64,000 bases of DNA from Guillardia theta CCMP2712 (Eukaryota; Protista; Cryptophyta). A model generated the notes under the pieces. It worked only from the letters and a program-made list of their open reading frames with translations, was not told the DNA's origin and ran no database searches. Below are positions 1-12,752 of the stretch, piece after piece; position 1 is the first letter of the stretch; each line of letters starts with the position of its first letter. The position numbers and the translations under genes were made by a program. The stretch covers positions 174,036-238,035 of the forward strand of contig NW_005434580.1 in NCBI RefSeq assembly GCF_000315625.1, given 5' to 3'.

Positions 1-1699
1 GAATTACCTGAGTTCGTGTTAGCCTCGCGATGTTGCTGTTGGTTTTCATGATCGAACGCTTCACGTCATGCACAGATTCGATCACGGTTCCTGCGTGACA
101 ACATGAGGAGGGGGGGGGAAGAAGCAAGAACAGCAGCAGCAACCGACAGCATGCTTGAGGGAATGTTCCATCAGGTCCCTTTCCTTCTCATTCTCCTTCT
201 TCCTTGTAGCACACCTTCATCTCAAATGTCAAGCTTGTTGTCCTCTCTTCACACATCCTCGTACTTCTTCTGGCTGGCTGAGAGCCTTGCAATGTTCTTA
301 TCGATTTCGATGATCTCCTTCTCATCACTCTCGATTTGGTTGCCACACCTATGTCTACCATGACGTCTCAGCTCCATGCACCATCACCAGGCAGCTGCCT
401 CCACCTCATTGCCCTCAAGTTTGCGATCATCGAGTCCAAACCAGAGATACTTCCCTTGGATGCATCCATAAGACATGCCTGACGGCATTTCAGCACACTG
501 GAGAGTTTCACACAGCAAACGATCTCATCAAAACAATGCATGTACAATGGAGCGCGCTGTTTCATGTAAGGACTTACGAGTTCCATTCTTCCTCGCTTCG
601 TCAGTCGCTTCAGAGCATCGGTCATTCCCTCTCTCATCGCTCTCTCCATCTCCTGCTGCCTCCCCTCCTCCTTGCCTTCTCCCGACATGTTCGTCTCCAA
701 CGCTGGTCGCTGGCCCACCCACCACAACCAAGACCACCCACCCTAGAAGATTAATTGATGTAACAGAACCCTACCTCCATAACTAAAAATGGTTCTTTTT
801 CAGTACCGCTCAAATTCCTAGATAAACTACCCCTACAATCATCTCACAGGTGGACTTGTGGTACCCTACCCTGTTGATTCAAAATGCCCAATTACCCCCA
901 CCCCTTCCAGCAACACGTTTCAACGGACGTCAAAACAATTTATGGGGGAATGGGTTGAGACAGGGCAGAGGAAGGGGAGGGGAAGGGGAGGGAGGGGGAG
1001 GGGAACAAGGAAGGAGCGAGAGGGTGAGAGAAAGAGGATGAGGAGGTTGAGAAACGAGATCACTGCAAACAGCCTTGAAATGAGGATTGAAAAGGGTCTT
1101 TGTGTTCTGCAATCTTCTGCTGATGATTTCAGCCCTAGGGAAACATGAAGCCTGCAAGGAGAATGGGAAATTTTGATGCCTGGGTGGATCCGGCAGGGGT
1201 TCAGATCATGCAGGATAAAGTAAGGCAGGAGAAAGAGAGCGTCCTGTTGAGCAGGTAAGTCACAATCATGACGTACCAAATCTGTTCATGTGCTCCAATA
1301 CGAAACTTTGTGTCCCATCATACCTGAGTCACCAATAGAGGATTTTTTTCTGTGATGTCAAGACATTTTGCCATCATGTGCATCACGATCTTTGCGATGT
1401 CAATCAGCTCTTGTGCTCCTGCTACACGTGAACAGGTCCTTTGCTAAGACTGAAGTGTCGGCGTCGTTCAGGGCACGGCCAGCAAGCGCGTTCTGGTATG
1501 ACAAGAACCAACGGTCTCGTCCTTCGACAGCTACGGCTTCAGAATTCGGGTTCTATGGGGGAATGCTGGGGAACATGAGGAGAAAGGATTCCTCTCCCCC
1601 TTCCAAGGAGTCCTGTCCGTCTTGCAGCGTAAGGAAACATCCGCATGTTAGTGACTTTCTCAAGCTGCTCGTGCCCTGACACCAGCGGCAGGAATGGTT

Positions 1700-4600
1700 G
1701 ATGGGAGCGAGGCAGAAGACAGCTGCAAAGTCCCCCGCCTCTCCCCCGCGTCACGCGGTCTACCTGGAAGACGGTCGGTCGATGCGGAGGCAGGTCAACC
1801 TTACGACCTCGGCGATGACATCAGGTGAGGACTCAGCTGGGAAGGCCGAGCTGAGAAGTCACTGCATGCTGCATGATACCCAGCTGTACTGTCCTTCCTC
1901 CCTTCATCGTCTCCGCCTCTGCCTGCGACTGCTTGACGCTTATGCCAGCGGCCATCGGCCAACCGACCAACAACGTGGAGCAGGTGAGGGTCAAGAGAAA
2001 CGCAACCAACGATAGTTCAGCTGTTTCTCAGCTGCTAAAGTCCCAGCACTGACAAGACACGATCGTGCACTAGCTGGCTCCTACCTCTTCATTAAAGTTC
2101 TCCTCCTCCTCCTCGCCCTCCTCCTCATTCGTAGCAAATTTAGAGGTACTCGTCGTCCTGGAACAGCTGGGCCTTGTCCTCTCTCCTCCTCCTCCCTGCC
2201 TCCAGAATCTCCTCCAGCCAACGGTGCCTGCGATGAGGGAGGAGGGGACGGAGAAGGTCAGCAACTGATGAGGGCACAAGAAGCCTCTCCTGACCTCTCA
2301 AGGATACGCAGGTTCCCGATCGAAGACCTCTCGTTCCACCTTCCTCTCGTCCTGACCTCCTTCCACTCCTCGTCCCCGGAGGGATTTCTCAGCTCGAGAC
2401 TCCCAGGTGGAGGGTCAGCAGAGGCCCTCCTCTCCTCAGCTCCGTGGAAGAAAGTGTCTAGGGATACTTCCGACAGCCTCTCCTCGTCATCCTCCTTCTT
2501 CTGCTTCCAGCCATGGCGCTGCCCAGCGACGTCTCCTGTAGAGAGATTTCCCTTCATGGTGGGCCAGAGGGGACTCTTGCGGTCGAGGAAGGAGACGTAG
2601 AACGTGACACTCTCGGTGACGTCGGCCATGATGCCCGCAGGCCTGATCGCTTCGGAGACTTGCAGGTGCACGTTGGTCCTGTGAGGACAGTGACGGCAGC
2701 AGAGCAGCAGGGGAGGGGAGAAACATGGAGAGCAGAGGAGAGACAGAGGAGAGCAGAGGAGGAGGCGAGCTGAGGAGGCGGGATAGGAGTAGAGAGTCGA
2801 GGTCAGGAGGGGAGAGGAGAGGAGAGGAGAGGAAGGAGTACCTTGTGTTCAAGATCAGCTCCTCCTCCACCCTTGGTGTCCTCGTTAGGACAAACGGAGT
2901 CGTCACATCCCACGTCTGGTGAGAGGGTTCAACCAAGCGCGGCAGATCAGGAGCAAGTTTGACTGACGTTGCCTGACTTCCTGACGGTAGTGAGGTAAGG
3001 GGAATGCTTCGGGTAGGCAGTCTGGAAGCGATCCTCCTCGTCGTGGATAACGATCTTCAGCATTGTCTCCATCAGCATGTTGCAAAGCTTTCTCATGGAG
3101 TCGGTGGACTTGAGGTTGTGCGAGGATCTTACTATCCTTCTGGCTCCGTCGAGCCAGTAGATGCGTATGAGAAGGTCTCTTGCTACATGCACAAGTGCGT
3201 CATGATGCTGCTGGTTTTGGTGATGTCTACATGTTCATCTCACCTTCATTCCAATTCTCGTCGTCAAGATTGTGTGTTTCCTTGGGTTTCTTCTCCTGTA
3301 ACGAGTGAGATGATAGCTCATTCGACGTGAGAGGAGCACCTTGACAGGAACAGATTGCGCAAGTTGGTGGATGATGATGACTTTGATCAGGGAGGAGACA
3401 ACTCCTGTTGAAGCACAAGTGCAAACGGATGTCAGATTTGACGTTTGCGCACAATCTTATCAACCCATCATAGAAGGACTTTTGTTCTGCTGCAGAATCT
3501 TCAACTTCTGCAACACAGCCGCCATGTCAGCCGAATCAGCAGGGCTCGTCAAAGTTGGCAACAACCATTAAACTCTCCTTGACCTTCTCCCTCCCTCGCC
3601 TGTCTCTGATCGTCAAGAGGAAACTCAGCTTGTTGCTGCCTCCAGCTGCAATAGAGCTGCTGTGGGCCACAAAGACCTGCCGGCCGTGTCATCCGCAGAC
3701 GTCAAAAGTCTCTCGAGTCACGTCGGCCGTTGGGACGTTCAAAGCGTTGGAGATGTCTTGGCTGAACTCCTCCTGAATGGCCCTGAGCTCCGATCCTGAG
3801 ATCTTGTGCGGCCTCTAATGGAGTAGAGGAGAGCAGTTAGGCAGCTGAGACCTTGATTCTCCCCTGCCGGTTTATTCGCAGCTGAGCGCAAGCAGCAGAG
3901 ACAACAGCACTGATCAATGTAGAGCTTGATACGTCAAGGTTTGATGATGGTGATGGTGATGGTGATGGTGGTGGTGATGATGATTGAGATGGAGATGATG
4001 ATGATGATGATGATGGAGATGATGATGATGATGATGATGTCGTCAAAAAGAACTCACCATGCCCGTTCGGGTTTGGATCATCTTGTGAGCCCGACAAGTC
4101 ATCCTCGTTCTCGTTCTCGTCCTCTTCCCCTTGCTCTCTCTCTTGCTCTTCCCGCTTAACTTCCTCTTCGCCGTCCTCGTCGACGTCTGCATCTCCTCTT
4201 GCATTCCTTTTCCAAACAAGATTCTCAACGTGCGTTGGAGCATCATCGGCGATCTGGTAGCTCTTCTCATCCCATGCTTCATGCACCTGGCCACGACAAT
4301 CAATCAACTTCGATCCTCCGCTCCTGCCCATCACCCTGAAGCTCCCCAGCCTCTTGAGAATCGCAAAGTTCTTTAGCGAGTCCCTTTTCGCATTCATCAC
4401 CCTCGCAAGCTCCTGCTTCAAACAAGAACGACGTCACATCAGCTCATCCTCGAGGAGACAAGACACACCTTGAGCGAACGTCTGTCGGGGCTCAACCTGT
4501 CTTGCGCAACGTTGACCTTGACGATGCAGCACTTCTCGTAGCCCTCAAGCTCAAGAATCCTCAGCCTGCCGTCCGTTCATCTTCTGAATTGAAAAGATTG

Positions 4601-5000
4601 AGCAATGCTTGCCTCGCTGCCTCCACTCCCAGCGCCGAAGAGAGCTCATCGACAATCTACAAGGACATACAAATCATCAACATACAAGGAGCACTCACAT
4701 TAGTATGCAAGCACGTACTTTGAGCTCGAATCGTTTCCTGCTGTCATCATTCTTCAGCAGCCACCTTCATGGTTCTTGTCATGAGCTACTCTCCATATCA
4801 CATAGTTGTTGCGTGTCTCACATGTACTTCTCGACCAGCTCGAATGTGATCCCCGCTGCAAGCTCTCCATACCTGTCAGACTTCCTTCGAGTCTGCTCTT
4901 TTGTGAATTCAATGTTCTTGATAGTAAGCCGGCTCATCTTGTCGCTGGTATGACTCGCACGTCACATCATCAGACCTGATGAGCCGCATCAGAGCATGAT
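1700..5000 (-). CDS. Probable multi-exon host gene of unknown function (approximate span)
   Basis: Series of protein-like minus-strand ORF segments separated by short introns. No recognisable domain. Confidence 0.35.
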
Positions 5001-5149
5001 CAGTCAGACGTCCTGCTCCCACTAGCTACACACATAAACGATGAAAGCAGTAGATGAGGGAAGCCAATGACTTTGAAGAGCGAGGAACGTGGCAAATGGG
5101 GGACTAGTTGAAGGAGGCACAGTAGGACCCAAGGAAGAGAAAGAGCAGG

Positions 5150-5540
5150 ATGAGGAAGAGGAGGAGGAGGAGGAGAAGCACGAGGAGGAGGAGGAGAAGC
5201 ACGAGGAGGAGGAGGAGGAGGAGGAGGAGGAGGAGGAGAAGTAGCTGCCAGGAGGAGGAGGGATGGGGAGGACAAGCAGCAGCAGCAGCAGCAGGAGAAG
5301 GAGAAGTAGAAGGAGAAGCAGCAGGAGTACCAGAAACAGGAGCAGCAGGAGGAGGAGATGCAGGAGGAGGAGAAGCAGAAGGAGGAGAAGTAGAAGGAGA
5401 AGGAGAAGCAGGAGTAGAACGAGGAGGAGGAGTAGAAGCAGCAGCAGCAGGAGGAGAAGCAGCAGCAGCAGCAGCAGCAGCAGGAGCAGGAGCAGGAGCA
5501 GGAGCAGCAGCAGGAGCAGGAGCAGCAGCAGCAGCAGCAT
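5150..5540. repeat. GAG/GCA/AGG trinucleotide low-complexity tract
   Basis: Directly visible. Confidence 0.9.
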
Positions 5541-6094
5541 GCACTTTTTTTGAAAACGAATTTCAGGTTTGACAGTCCGAGCCCGCGCAGGGCGACACAG
5601 ACAGGCTGAGAGGAGAGAGCGAGGAAGGGGGCGAGAAATCAAAGGCAGCGAGGTTGTTGGGCAAGGAGATGAAGCAAGGGGGGAGGTCTTACTTGACTGA
5701 GGGAGAGAAGTTCTACTAGTAACAAGGAAACGTCACTAGATCCATCTATTTTGCAGACTAACGATCCTGAGAGCTTCAGCGAGAAGCTGCCCCGTGCCCG
5801 GCTTCGTCATCGACTTGGTCGCCGCTTGTTGGCAAAGATTCTAACTTTTGCATACAGGCAATGTTATGCTGTACAACGGTAAGAGTAATGATCGAACGCC
5901 TGCTGAGGCATTTCAATCGTACCATGACATTCTGGTTCAGGTTTTCTTTCAGTTCCTGCATGATCTCTTCCTTGATCTTTTCAATCTGATTTGCCTGACC
6001 AGAGGATCGAATCAGCTGTGACGCATTTCCGTCTACAAGTCATCAGGGTCAATCGTACCGGCTGAGCATTCTCCATGAGCCTCTGAATATCCTT

Positions 6095-7025
6095 CAACGT
6101 GTTCTTCATGCACGGAGTCAATCGAGTCAGGTACTTGATCGTTTCTATTCCCATGTCGAGTACCTGGAGCTGGTCGAGCTTGTTTGAATGATATTCCATT
6201 GTGTTCTTCATGCATCAATCGAGTCAGGTCATACTTGATCGCAGTTTCTATTCTCATGTCGAGTACCTGGAGCTGGTCGAGCTTGGTGGAATGTTCCTAA
6301 CAAGCACCATCGAGTCAGGTCATACTTGATCGCAGTTTCTATTCTCATGTCGAGTACCTGGAGCTTGTTTGAATGGTCTTCCATTGTGTCCCTTGTTCTC
6401 TTGCCGAGTACCTGGAGCTGGTCGAGCTTGTCTGAATGATCTTCCATTGTGTTCTTCATGCATCAATCGAGTCAGGTCATACTTGATCGCAGTTTCTATT
6501 CTCATGTCGAGTACCTGGAGCTGGTCGAGCTTGTCTGAATGATCTTCCATTGTGTTCTTCATGCATCAATCGAGTCAGGTCATACTTGATCGCAGTTTCT
6601 ATTCTCATGTCGAGTACCTGGAGCTGGTCGAGCTTGGTGGAATGTTCCTAACAAGCACCATCGAGTCAGGTCATACTTGATCGCAGTTTCTATTCTCATG
6701 TCGAGTACCTGGAGCTTGTTTGAATGGTCTTGCAATATGTTGTTCACTTCCTAACAAGCACCATCGAGTCAGGTCATACTTGATCGCAGTTTCTATTCTC
6801 ATGTCGAGTACCTGGAGCTTGTTTGAATGGTCTTGCAATATGTTGTTCACTTCCTAACAAGCACCATCGAGTCAGGTCATACTTGATCGCAGTTTCTATT
6901 CTCATGTCGAGTACCTGGAGCTTGTTTGAATGGTCTTGCAATATGTTGTTCACTTCCTAACAAGCACCATCGAGTCAGGTCATACTTGATCACAGTTTCT
7001 ATTCTCATGTCGAGTACCTGGAGCT
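6095..7025. repeat. Mosaic tandem array, units mostly 91 or 103 bp, with a ~57-bp constant core
   Basis: Core ATCGAGTCAGGTCATACTTGATCGCAG... starts at 6218, 6309, 6466, 6569, 6660, 6763, 6866 and 6969, with a diverged copy at 6121. Confidence 0.92.
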
Positions 7026-7854
7026 GGTAAGACTGGTTCACCAGCTCCATCTTGGTGTCATGAGCGATGCTGTAGTAATCGCGATACTCGCTGAAACAGA
7101 GGAAGACTGGTATCCCGCAGTTTGCGAGCGAGATGTCCGAGTCAGCAGCCCCCTTCCATCTCCGTGCAATGCCTGTAGCATAGTCTACGAACGCCTCCTT
7201 GTTCTTAGAGCAAACGATCACTCCCATAGCAACCAGCTTTGCCTGCGGTTGAGACTCCTGCCACATTTGATTCTTGAGGCTCAACGCCACCTGCAGCTGC
7301 CACAGCTTCTTGACGATTGAGCACGGGCTCTGCGTGATCTCGATATGAACGAGGTCGTTTTGGTTGAGAACAAGATTCTGCAGCTCCTGCTTGGCGTCAG
7401 CTGACTGAGAACATGTGTCGGCGCTGCCGCATCGATGCAGGGCCAGGACCAACGGCTGCTCATCTTCCTTGTTGATGAGAACGTCCTTCAGAACATACCA
7501 CAGACTCACTGTTGTAGCTTCTGAAATATGTCTGAAGTAGAGATCATATTGAAACTTAACCATTCCATCATAGTTCTTTTTGCTTTCAGATATACCATCT
7601 AGTTTCCCATCATGTTTGCTGTCTATAAATTTGGCGTTGAACATCTCCCTGTATTTTTGCTCGTTGATACGTTTCAAGTGTTGGTCCATCTCTGGATAGT
7701 AAAACCTGACTATTTCCTCTTTCTCCCGCGCCAACCTGCTGTAGATGAAGGCTTCAGACGGGTCATTGGTCTGGATCCCGTGAAGAAACTCCACCATGCG
7801 CTCTGACTGCGACCAGACGTCTGTTGCGCGGCTCTTCTTGTCTTGTTTGCCCAT
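6877..7854 (-). CDS. Hypothetical host protein running into the tandem array
   Basis: 325-aa uninterrupted ORF with globular-protein composition. Confidence 0.55.
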   Translation of the reverse strand: MGKQDKKSRATDVWSQSERMVEFLHGIQTNDPSEAFIYSRLAREKEEIVRFYYPEMDQHLKRINEQKYREMFNAKFIDSKHDGKLDGISESKKNYDGMVKFQYDLYFRHISEATTVSLWYVLKDVLINKEDEQPLVLALHRCGSADTCSQSADAKQELQNLVLNQNDLVHIEITQSPCSIVKKLWQLQVALSLKNQMWQESQPQAKLVAMGVIVCSKNKEAFVDYATGIARRWKGAADSDISLANCGIPVFLCFSEYRDYYSIAHDTKMELVNQSYQLQVLDMRIETVIKYDLTRWCLLGSEQHIARPFKQAPGTRHENRNCDQV

Positions 7855-8720
7855 GAACTGAGCTTCTGGTTGGGGGGACGAGCTAGTAGGTCCTGCGTTA
7901 TATCCTCTGTGGTAGGATAGCCTCGGATAGGTCCGTACCTACGAGCACGTGCTCGATCTTGTCTTGTAAACTTTCCATAGCAGTCACCAATACAAGGAGC
8001 CAAGGAAGCGCCAGAGGTGACCACCATCTCTCTGTCCTCCCCCCCTCTTGCTTCGGGCCATTTGCTCACCACCCTTGACCACGTCTTTCAAGGGAGGGGA
8101 GGGGGGGAGAAGATGCGCGAGAGTTGTAGCTGCTTCGCTAGTGCGCCGGGTTGAAGGGACAGACGAGTGATGTGGTAGAAACTCCTCTGAGTCAATGGAG
8201 GCCTTGCTGAAGTGGGCATGCCAGAAGGATCGGACGGGAGAGGTCAGCAACATGACCGCTGCGGAGCAGATGGGAGGTCAGCAACATGACTCGGACGAGG
8301 CGTTGCTGCTGAGCGGATCAAGATCTGCCTTTCCCGTGTGGATCTCCCACGGTCCCATAGGCAGGTCGACTTAGAGCATCTGAATGCCAGCTACGCCTAC
8401 CATGAGCGTTGCTGGGTATACATGATACATATACGGGATTATGCAGGAGCATGACCAGCAGATTAAGAGTGCGCTTGGTTATGGCGCTTGTTGTCAAGTC
8501 TGTGGCCATCGGACATGCTCAACTGGATGCTCATGCTTTCTACAAAGGCACGGTGAATGCTGGAGCAGGCTCGTGAGCTTCATTGGTCCGTTGGACTTTC
8601 TGACCACGCTTTCGTCTGAGGAAGGATGCTATGAGCCATGTTTCTGGGTCGATTCCCGCCTGCTTTTTTTCATCATGCAGTAGAATCTCACTCGGAGCAT
8701 TCCATAGAGCGCTACATGGT

Positions 8721-9588
8721 ATTGAGTAGAAGGTGAGCACCCTCACGATTGAGTACAAGGTGAGCACCCTCACGATTGAGTACAAGGTGAGCACCCTCAC
8801 GATTGAGTACAAGGTGAGCACCCTCACGATTGAGTAGAAGGTGAGCACCCTCACGATTGAGTAGAAGGTGAGCACCCTCACGATTGAGTACAAGGTGAGC
8901 ACCCTCACGATTGAGTAGAAGGTGAGCACCCTCACGATTGAGTAGAAGGTGAGCACCCTCACGATTGAGTAGAAGGTGAGCACCCTCACGATTGAGTACA
9001 AGGTGAGCACCCTCACGATTGTGTAGAAGGTGAGCACCCTCACGATTGAGTAGAAGGTGAGCACCCTCACGATTGAGTACAAGGTGAGCACCCTCACGAT
9101 TGAGTACAAGGTGAGCACCCTCACGATTGAGTAGAAGGTGAGCACCCTCACGATTGAGTAGAAGGTGAGCACCCTCACGATTGAGTACAAGGTGAGCACC
9201 CTCACGATTGAGTAGAAGGTGAGCACCCTCACGATTGAGTAGAAGGTGAGCACTCTCACGATTGAGTAGAAGGTGAGCACCCTCACGATTGAGTAGAAGG
9301 TGAGCACCCTCACGATTGAGTACAAGGTGAGCACCCTCACGATTGAGTACAAGGTGAGCACCCTCACGATTGAGTAGAAGGTGAGCACCCTCACGATTGA
9401 GTACAAGGTGAGCACCCTCACGATTGAGTACAAGGTGAGCACCCTCACGATTGAGTAGAAGGTGAGCACCCTCACGATTGAGTAGAAGGTGAGCACCCTC
9501 ACGATTGAGTAGAAGGTGAGCACCCTCACGATTGAGTAGAAGGTGAGCACCCTCACGATTGAGTAGAAGGTGAGCACCCTCACGATTG
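8721..9588. repeat. 27-bp minisatellite, ~32 copies (ATTGAGTA[G/C]AAGGTGAGCACCCTCACG)
   Basis: Directly visible head-to-tail array. Confidence 0.97.
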
Positions 9589-9979
9589 TGGTCCGATCGC
9601 CTTCCAGCACAAGGCGCGCGAAAGCTCAAGATTGATGACGCGCTCTATGCAGAAACTTGACCCTTTAGTACTTCGCAAGGCTAACACTGATCCCCTGCTT
9701 GCCACGTGTAGCAGACATTCTTGTCTGTCCAGAGCTTGCGGTGTGATCATGGTGTGAGAGTCTGTGGCTGCAGACTCGGCGGCAACACCAACATGAAGTG
9801 GGGGGGGGAGGGGGGCACTGGGTGCAATGGCAGTGAAAGTTCATGACACTTGAAACGAGGAAATATTAAGGGCGGTTAGCAGCCTTCACTCCAAGCTGTT
9901 GGCTCCACCCTGCCCAGCTGGGGCCCCCTGTTACCCGAGCACGTCAGGGCCCAGCACAAGCCTAGCATTCCTAGCAGTC

Positions 9980-11476
9980 CAACTCACCGCTTCTCCCTCA
10001 GCTCCCGGAGCCCCGGCGGCTCCGCCGGCAGTCATCTTAGCGAACTGGAGCAGCAGCGTCAGCGATGACGGCAAGGACGACAGCATGCGGCAGTGCACGG
10101 CTCACCTGCTCGCTGGCCTTGGAGAAGTCGGCAGGGAGGCCGAGGAGTCCGGTGATCTTGCTGAAGATGGACATGGCATCGGGATCGGAGTAGTACTTGA
10201 GGATCTGTAGACAGCCACGTCACCTTCTACCTAGAGCCGCTAGCCTCGTGCTCACAGCCATCGGGCCGTTGGTGCGGATATCGTTGACGATCTCCTGCAT
10301 CTTGGGATCCTTCTGGATCTCCTTGATCTCAGGGCTGTCAAACAACCCCCTGTCAAAACTCCTCCATTCCCCCGCGAGCCCTTCCCACCTGTCCGCCAGC
10401 TGCTCCAGCTTCTCAGGCTTCAGGTAGTCCTTCATCATGTTCTGGGCTGCCTGGGCCATCTCTTGCCATCTACATACTTGTCAAACTTGGAAAACAACGC
10501 GACAGTTGACACGTTACCCTGCCATGTTCTGCATCTTGGACGGATCGAACGCTCCAGGGTTCATCCCAGCGGCTCCCATGCCTTCCCCAGCTCCAGCTCC
10601 TCCAGCTCCTGCTGCAGGCATGAGACTTTCACACAGGCTACACGCAAGACACACCTGCTCCGAATCCTCCCATTCCTCCAGTCAAACCTCCTGCAGTGAA
10701 TGGCGAGCTGCTGCTGCTGACACCGGTCATGTTTCTGCTCTGTCTCTTGACCCGCTTCATGTTCACCTCATATCTTGTTCTCCCGTCCCTGCCAGTTGCT
10801 TCAGAGATGGTCAACAAAGTCAAAGTCCGCACGCCTACCGAGAGGATTCTGCTTCTGTCCCCCCATCATGCCCATGATCTATGTAAGGCGAGCTCAGCAA
10901 AAGGTAGAGGAAGAGGAGGAGGCGGATGCCTGTTCTCCGATCTTGGCATATTCCTTCATCAGGGTCTCATTCTTCATCATGTCGTCCATCCTGCATCAAG
11001 TCATCAGACCTCCGGCAACCAACTGTCACAGTCCACGTCACCTCTGCTTGAACTCAGGGTTGTTCATCAAGTTCTGAGCCATCTGCAAGCATCCAGCTCA
11101 GTCGCACTGGAGCAAGGTTGCAGTTTGACCTGCTGGAACGCTGGGTTTGTGAACATGGAGTTCATCGCATCCATGTTGAGGCCTAGCAACCCAAAACTTC
11201 AGCTCATGCTTGCTAGATGTTCCCGACCAACACACCTGGGACGCCGGCATCCGCTCCTCCTCTCAGGTTCAAGCTCAGGCGAGTCTGTGCCAGCATGTCA
11301 AACAGTCTTCCCATCATGTAGATTGATAGGATCGGCATCAGCAACAACGTACAACCAAGATCGAGATATCCATCACTCAGAGCAATTACCGTGCAAAACC
11401 CTCCGTATGAGGCATTGGATTGATCGAAGAGAAAGAGACCAATGAGGAGAAGAGGGAAAACAAAATCTCGCTTCAT
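9980..11476 (-). CDS. STI1/HOP (DP-repeat) domain protein with N-terminal signal peptide, multi-exon (approximate)
   Basis: Exon translations EIQKDPKMQEIVNDIRTNGPMA, YYSDPDAMSIFSKI and QMMNNPEFKQ. Hydrophobic N-terminus MKRDFVFPLLLIGLFLF. Confidence 0.65.
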
Positions 11477-12528
11477 GGCTGCCAAACCAAGTGAGTTCCT
11501 GAGTCAGATCAAATTACAGCTTCGAGGGCTACAGACAATGGTCACAGCCGGCCCTGCACTGCAAACTATGGTCTACAGATATTCTTGTGGTAGGAACCTT
11601 GTTGTTAATGCGGTGGCTGGGATTCTAATTTCAAATTGCTTTCTTTCGATCCGACTGCTTTCCTCACCCCCAGCTACATCAAGTTTGGAATTGAAGGGCA
11701 AAAATTTGCTCGCCTAAGATGATCCTGTTCACCTTGCTGTGGTCAATATCTCTCTGCTGCTTCCAATACGCTTCTTCTTCAACGCTTCCTTTGTGAGGAT
11801 TTCATCCCCATCACAGCTCCTTGCACAGTCCCCCCTCAATTCCTCCTTTGGCTGAGCCCTCACAATCCCACTGTACAACTCCCACCGGCATCCTGCTCCG
11901 TAGTTCTCCCGACTCCAGCACATTCTTGTATCCATCTTCTATCTCCAGATTCACGCTTGTCGCTCTTCTTTCTCTCTACTTTCGCCTCCCTCTCCTTTCC
12001 TCTCCCTCCTCCTCTGCTCCTCTGCTCCTCTGCTCCTCTGCTCCTCTGCTCCTCTGCTCCTTTTCCTTCTCCTCTGATTCTCTGATCCTCTGATTCTCTG
12101 ATCCTCTGATCCTCTCCTCGCCATCCTCTCCGTCCTCCTCTCATCCTCTCCTCTCCTTCCCAACAACCTCCACGGAGGCCGTCATGGCCACGAGGACGCC
12201 CTAGCAAGTTTCAACAAATGTTTGATTGAGGGGGTAGGGGTAATCCAGCCAGGGGACTACCACAGGGCTACCGTGGGTCCAAACAACGTAAAGAAGGTGG
12301 TAGGGGTAGAAAAGGGGTTGGAGGGTCCGATTTGGAGATGGGGTGGGTAGGCCGTACTAGGATGTGGAGGAGCCCGGGCGGGCCTGAAAAAGGGCTCGGA
12401 GATAGTAACCACGGAAGTTGGTAGAACATTGCGCGGGAAAAACAAGCTGAAAAAAACTTCAAGAGAACTGAATGACAAGCACAGTGAACTCGAAGTCGTC
12501 ATGAGAGAACCGCATCATGCCCAACTTT

Positions 12529-12602
12529 GGGAACATGCACTGACTTCAATCAGGGAACATGCACTGACTTCAATCAGGGAACATGCACTGACTTCAATCA
12601 GG
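12529..12602. repeat. 3 x 24-bp tandem repeat GGGAACATGCACTGACTTCAATCA
   Basis: Directly visible, about 150 bp left of the PLV end. Confidence 0.9.
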
Positions 12603-12752
12603 CTGACTGTCGCTGTGCGGCGATGACCGTGGTAACGTCTGATTGTGATCCGATGATCATCCCTTTGAGCCTCCAACACTCCTCGTACGGTCCTGGCAGT
12701 GCGGCGGGGAGGGTAGTAGGGTCAGAACGCGGCAGGCGAAACAGGGGGTTGG

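Noticed and set aside
5000-5642. Poly-Leu/Arg/Ser ORFs (similar cases at 46650-48400, 50500-51400 and 56600-58600)
   Set aside because: Translations of microsatellite and purine-rich low-complexity tracts.
6095-7025. CRISPR array
   Set aside because: Linkers recur rather than being unique, the repeat is too long, the context is eukaryotic and there are no cas genes.
8721-9588. CRISPR array or genuine 356-aa/305-aa proteins
   Set aside because: No spacers. The open frames follow trivially from a stop-free 27-bp unit, and there is no independent coding evidence.
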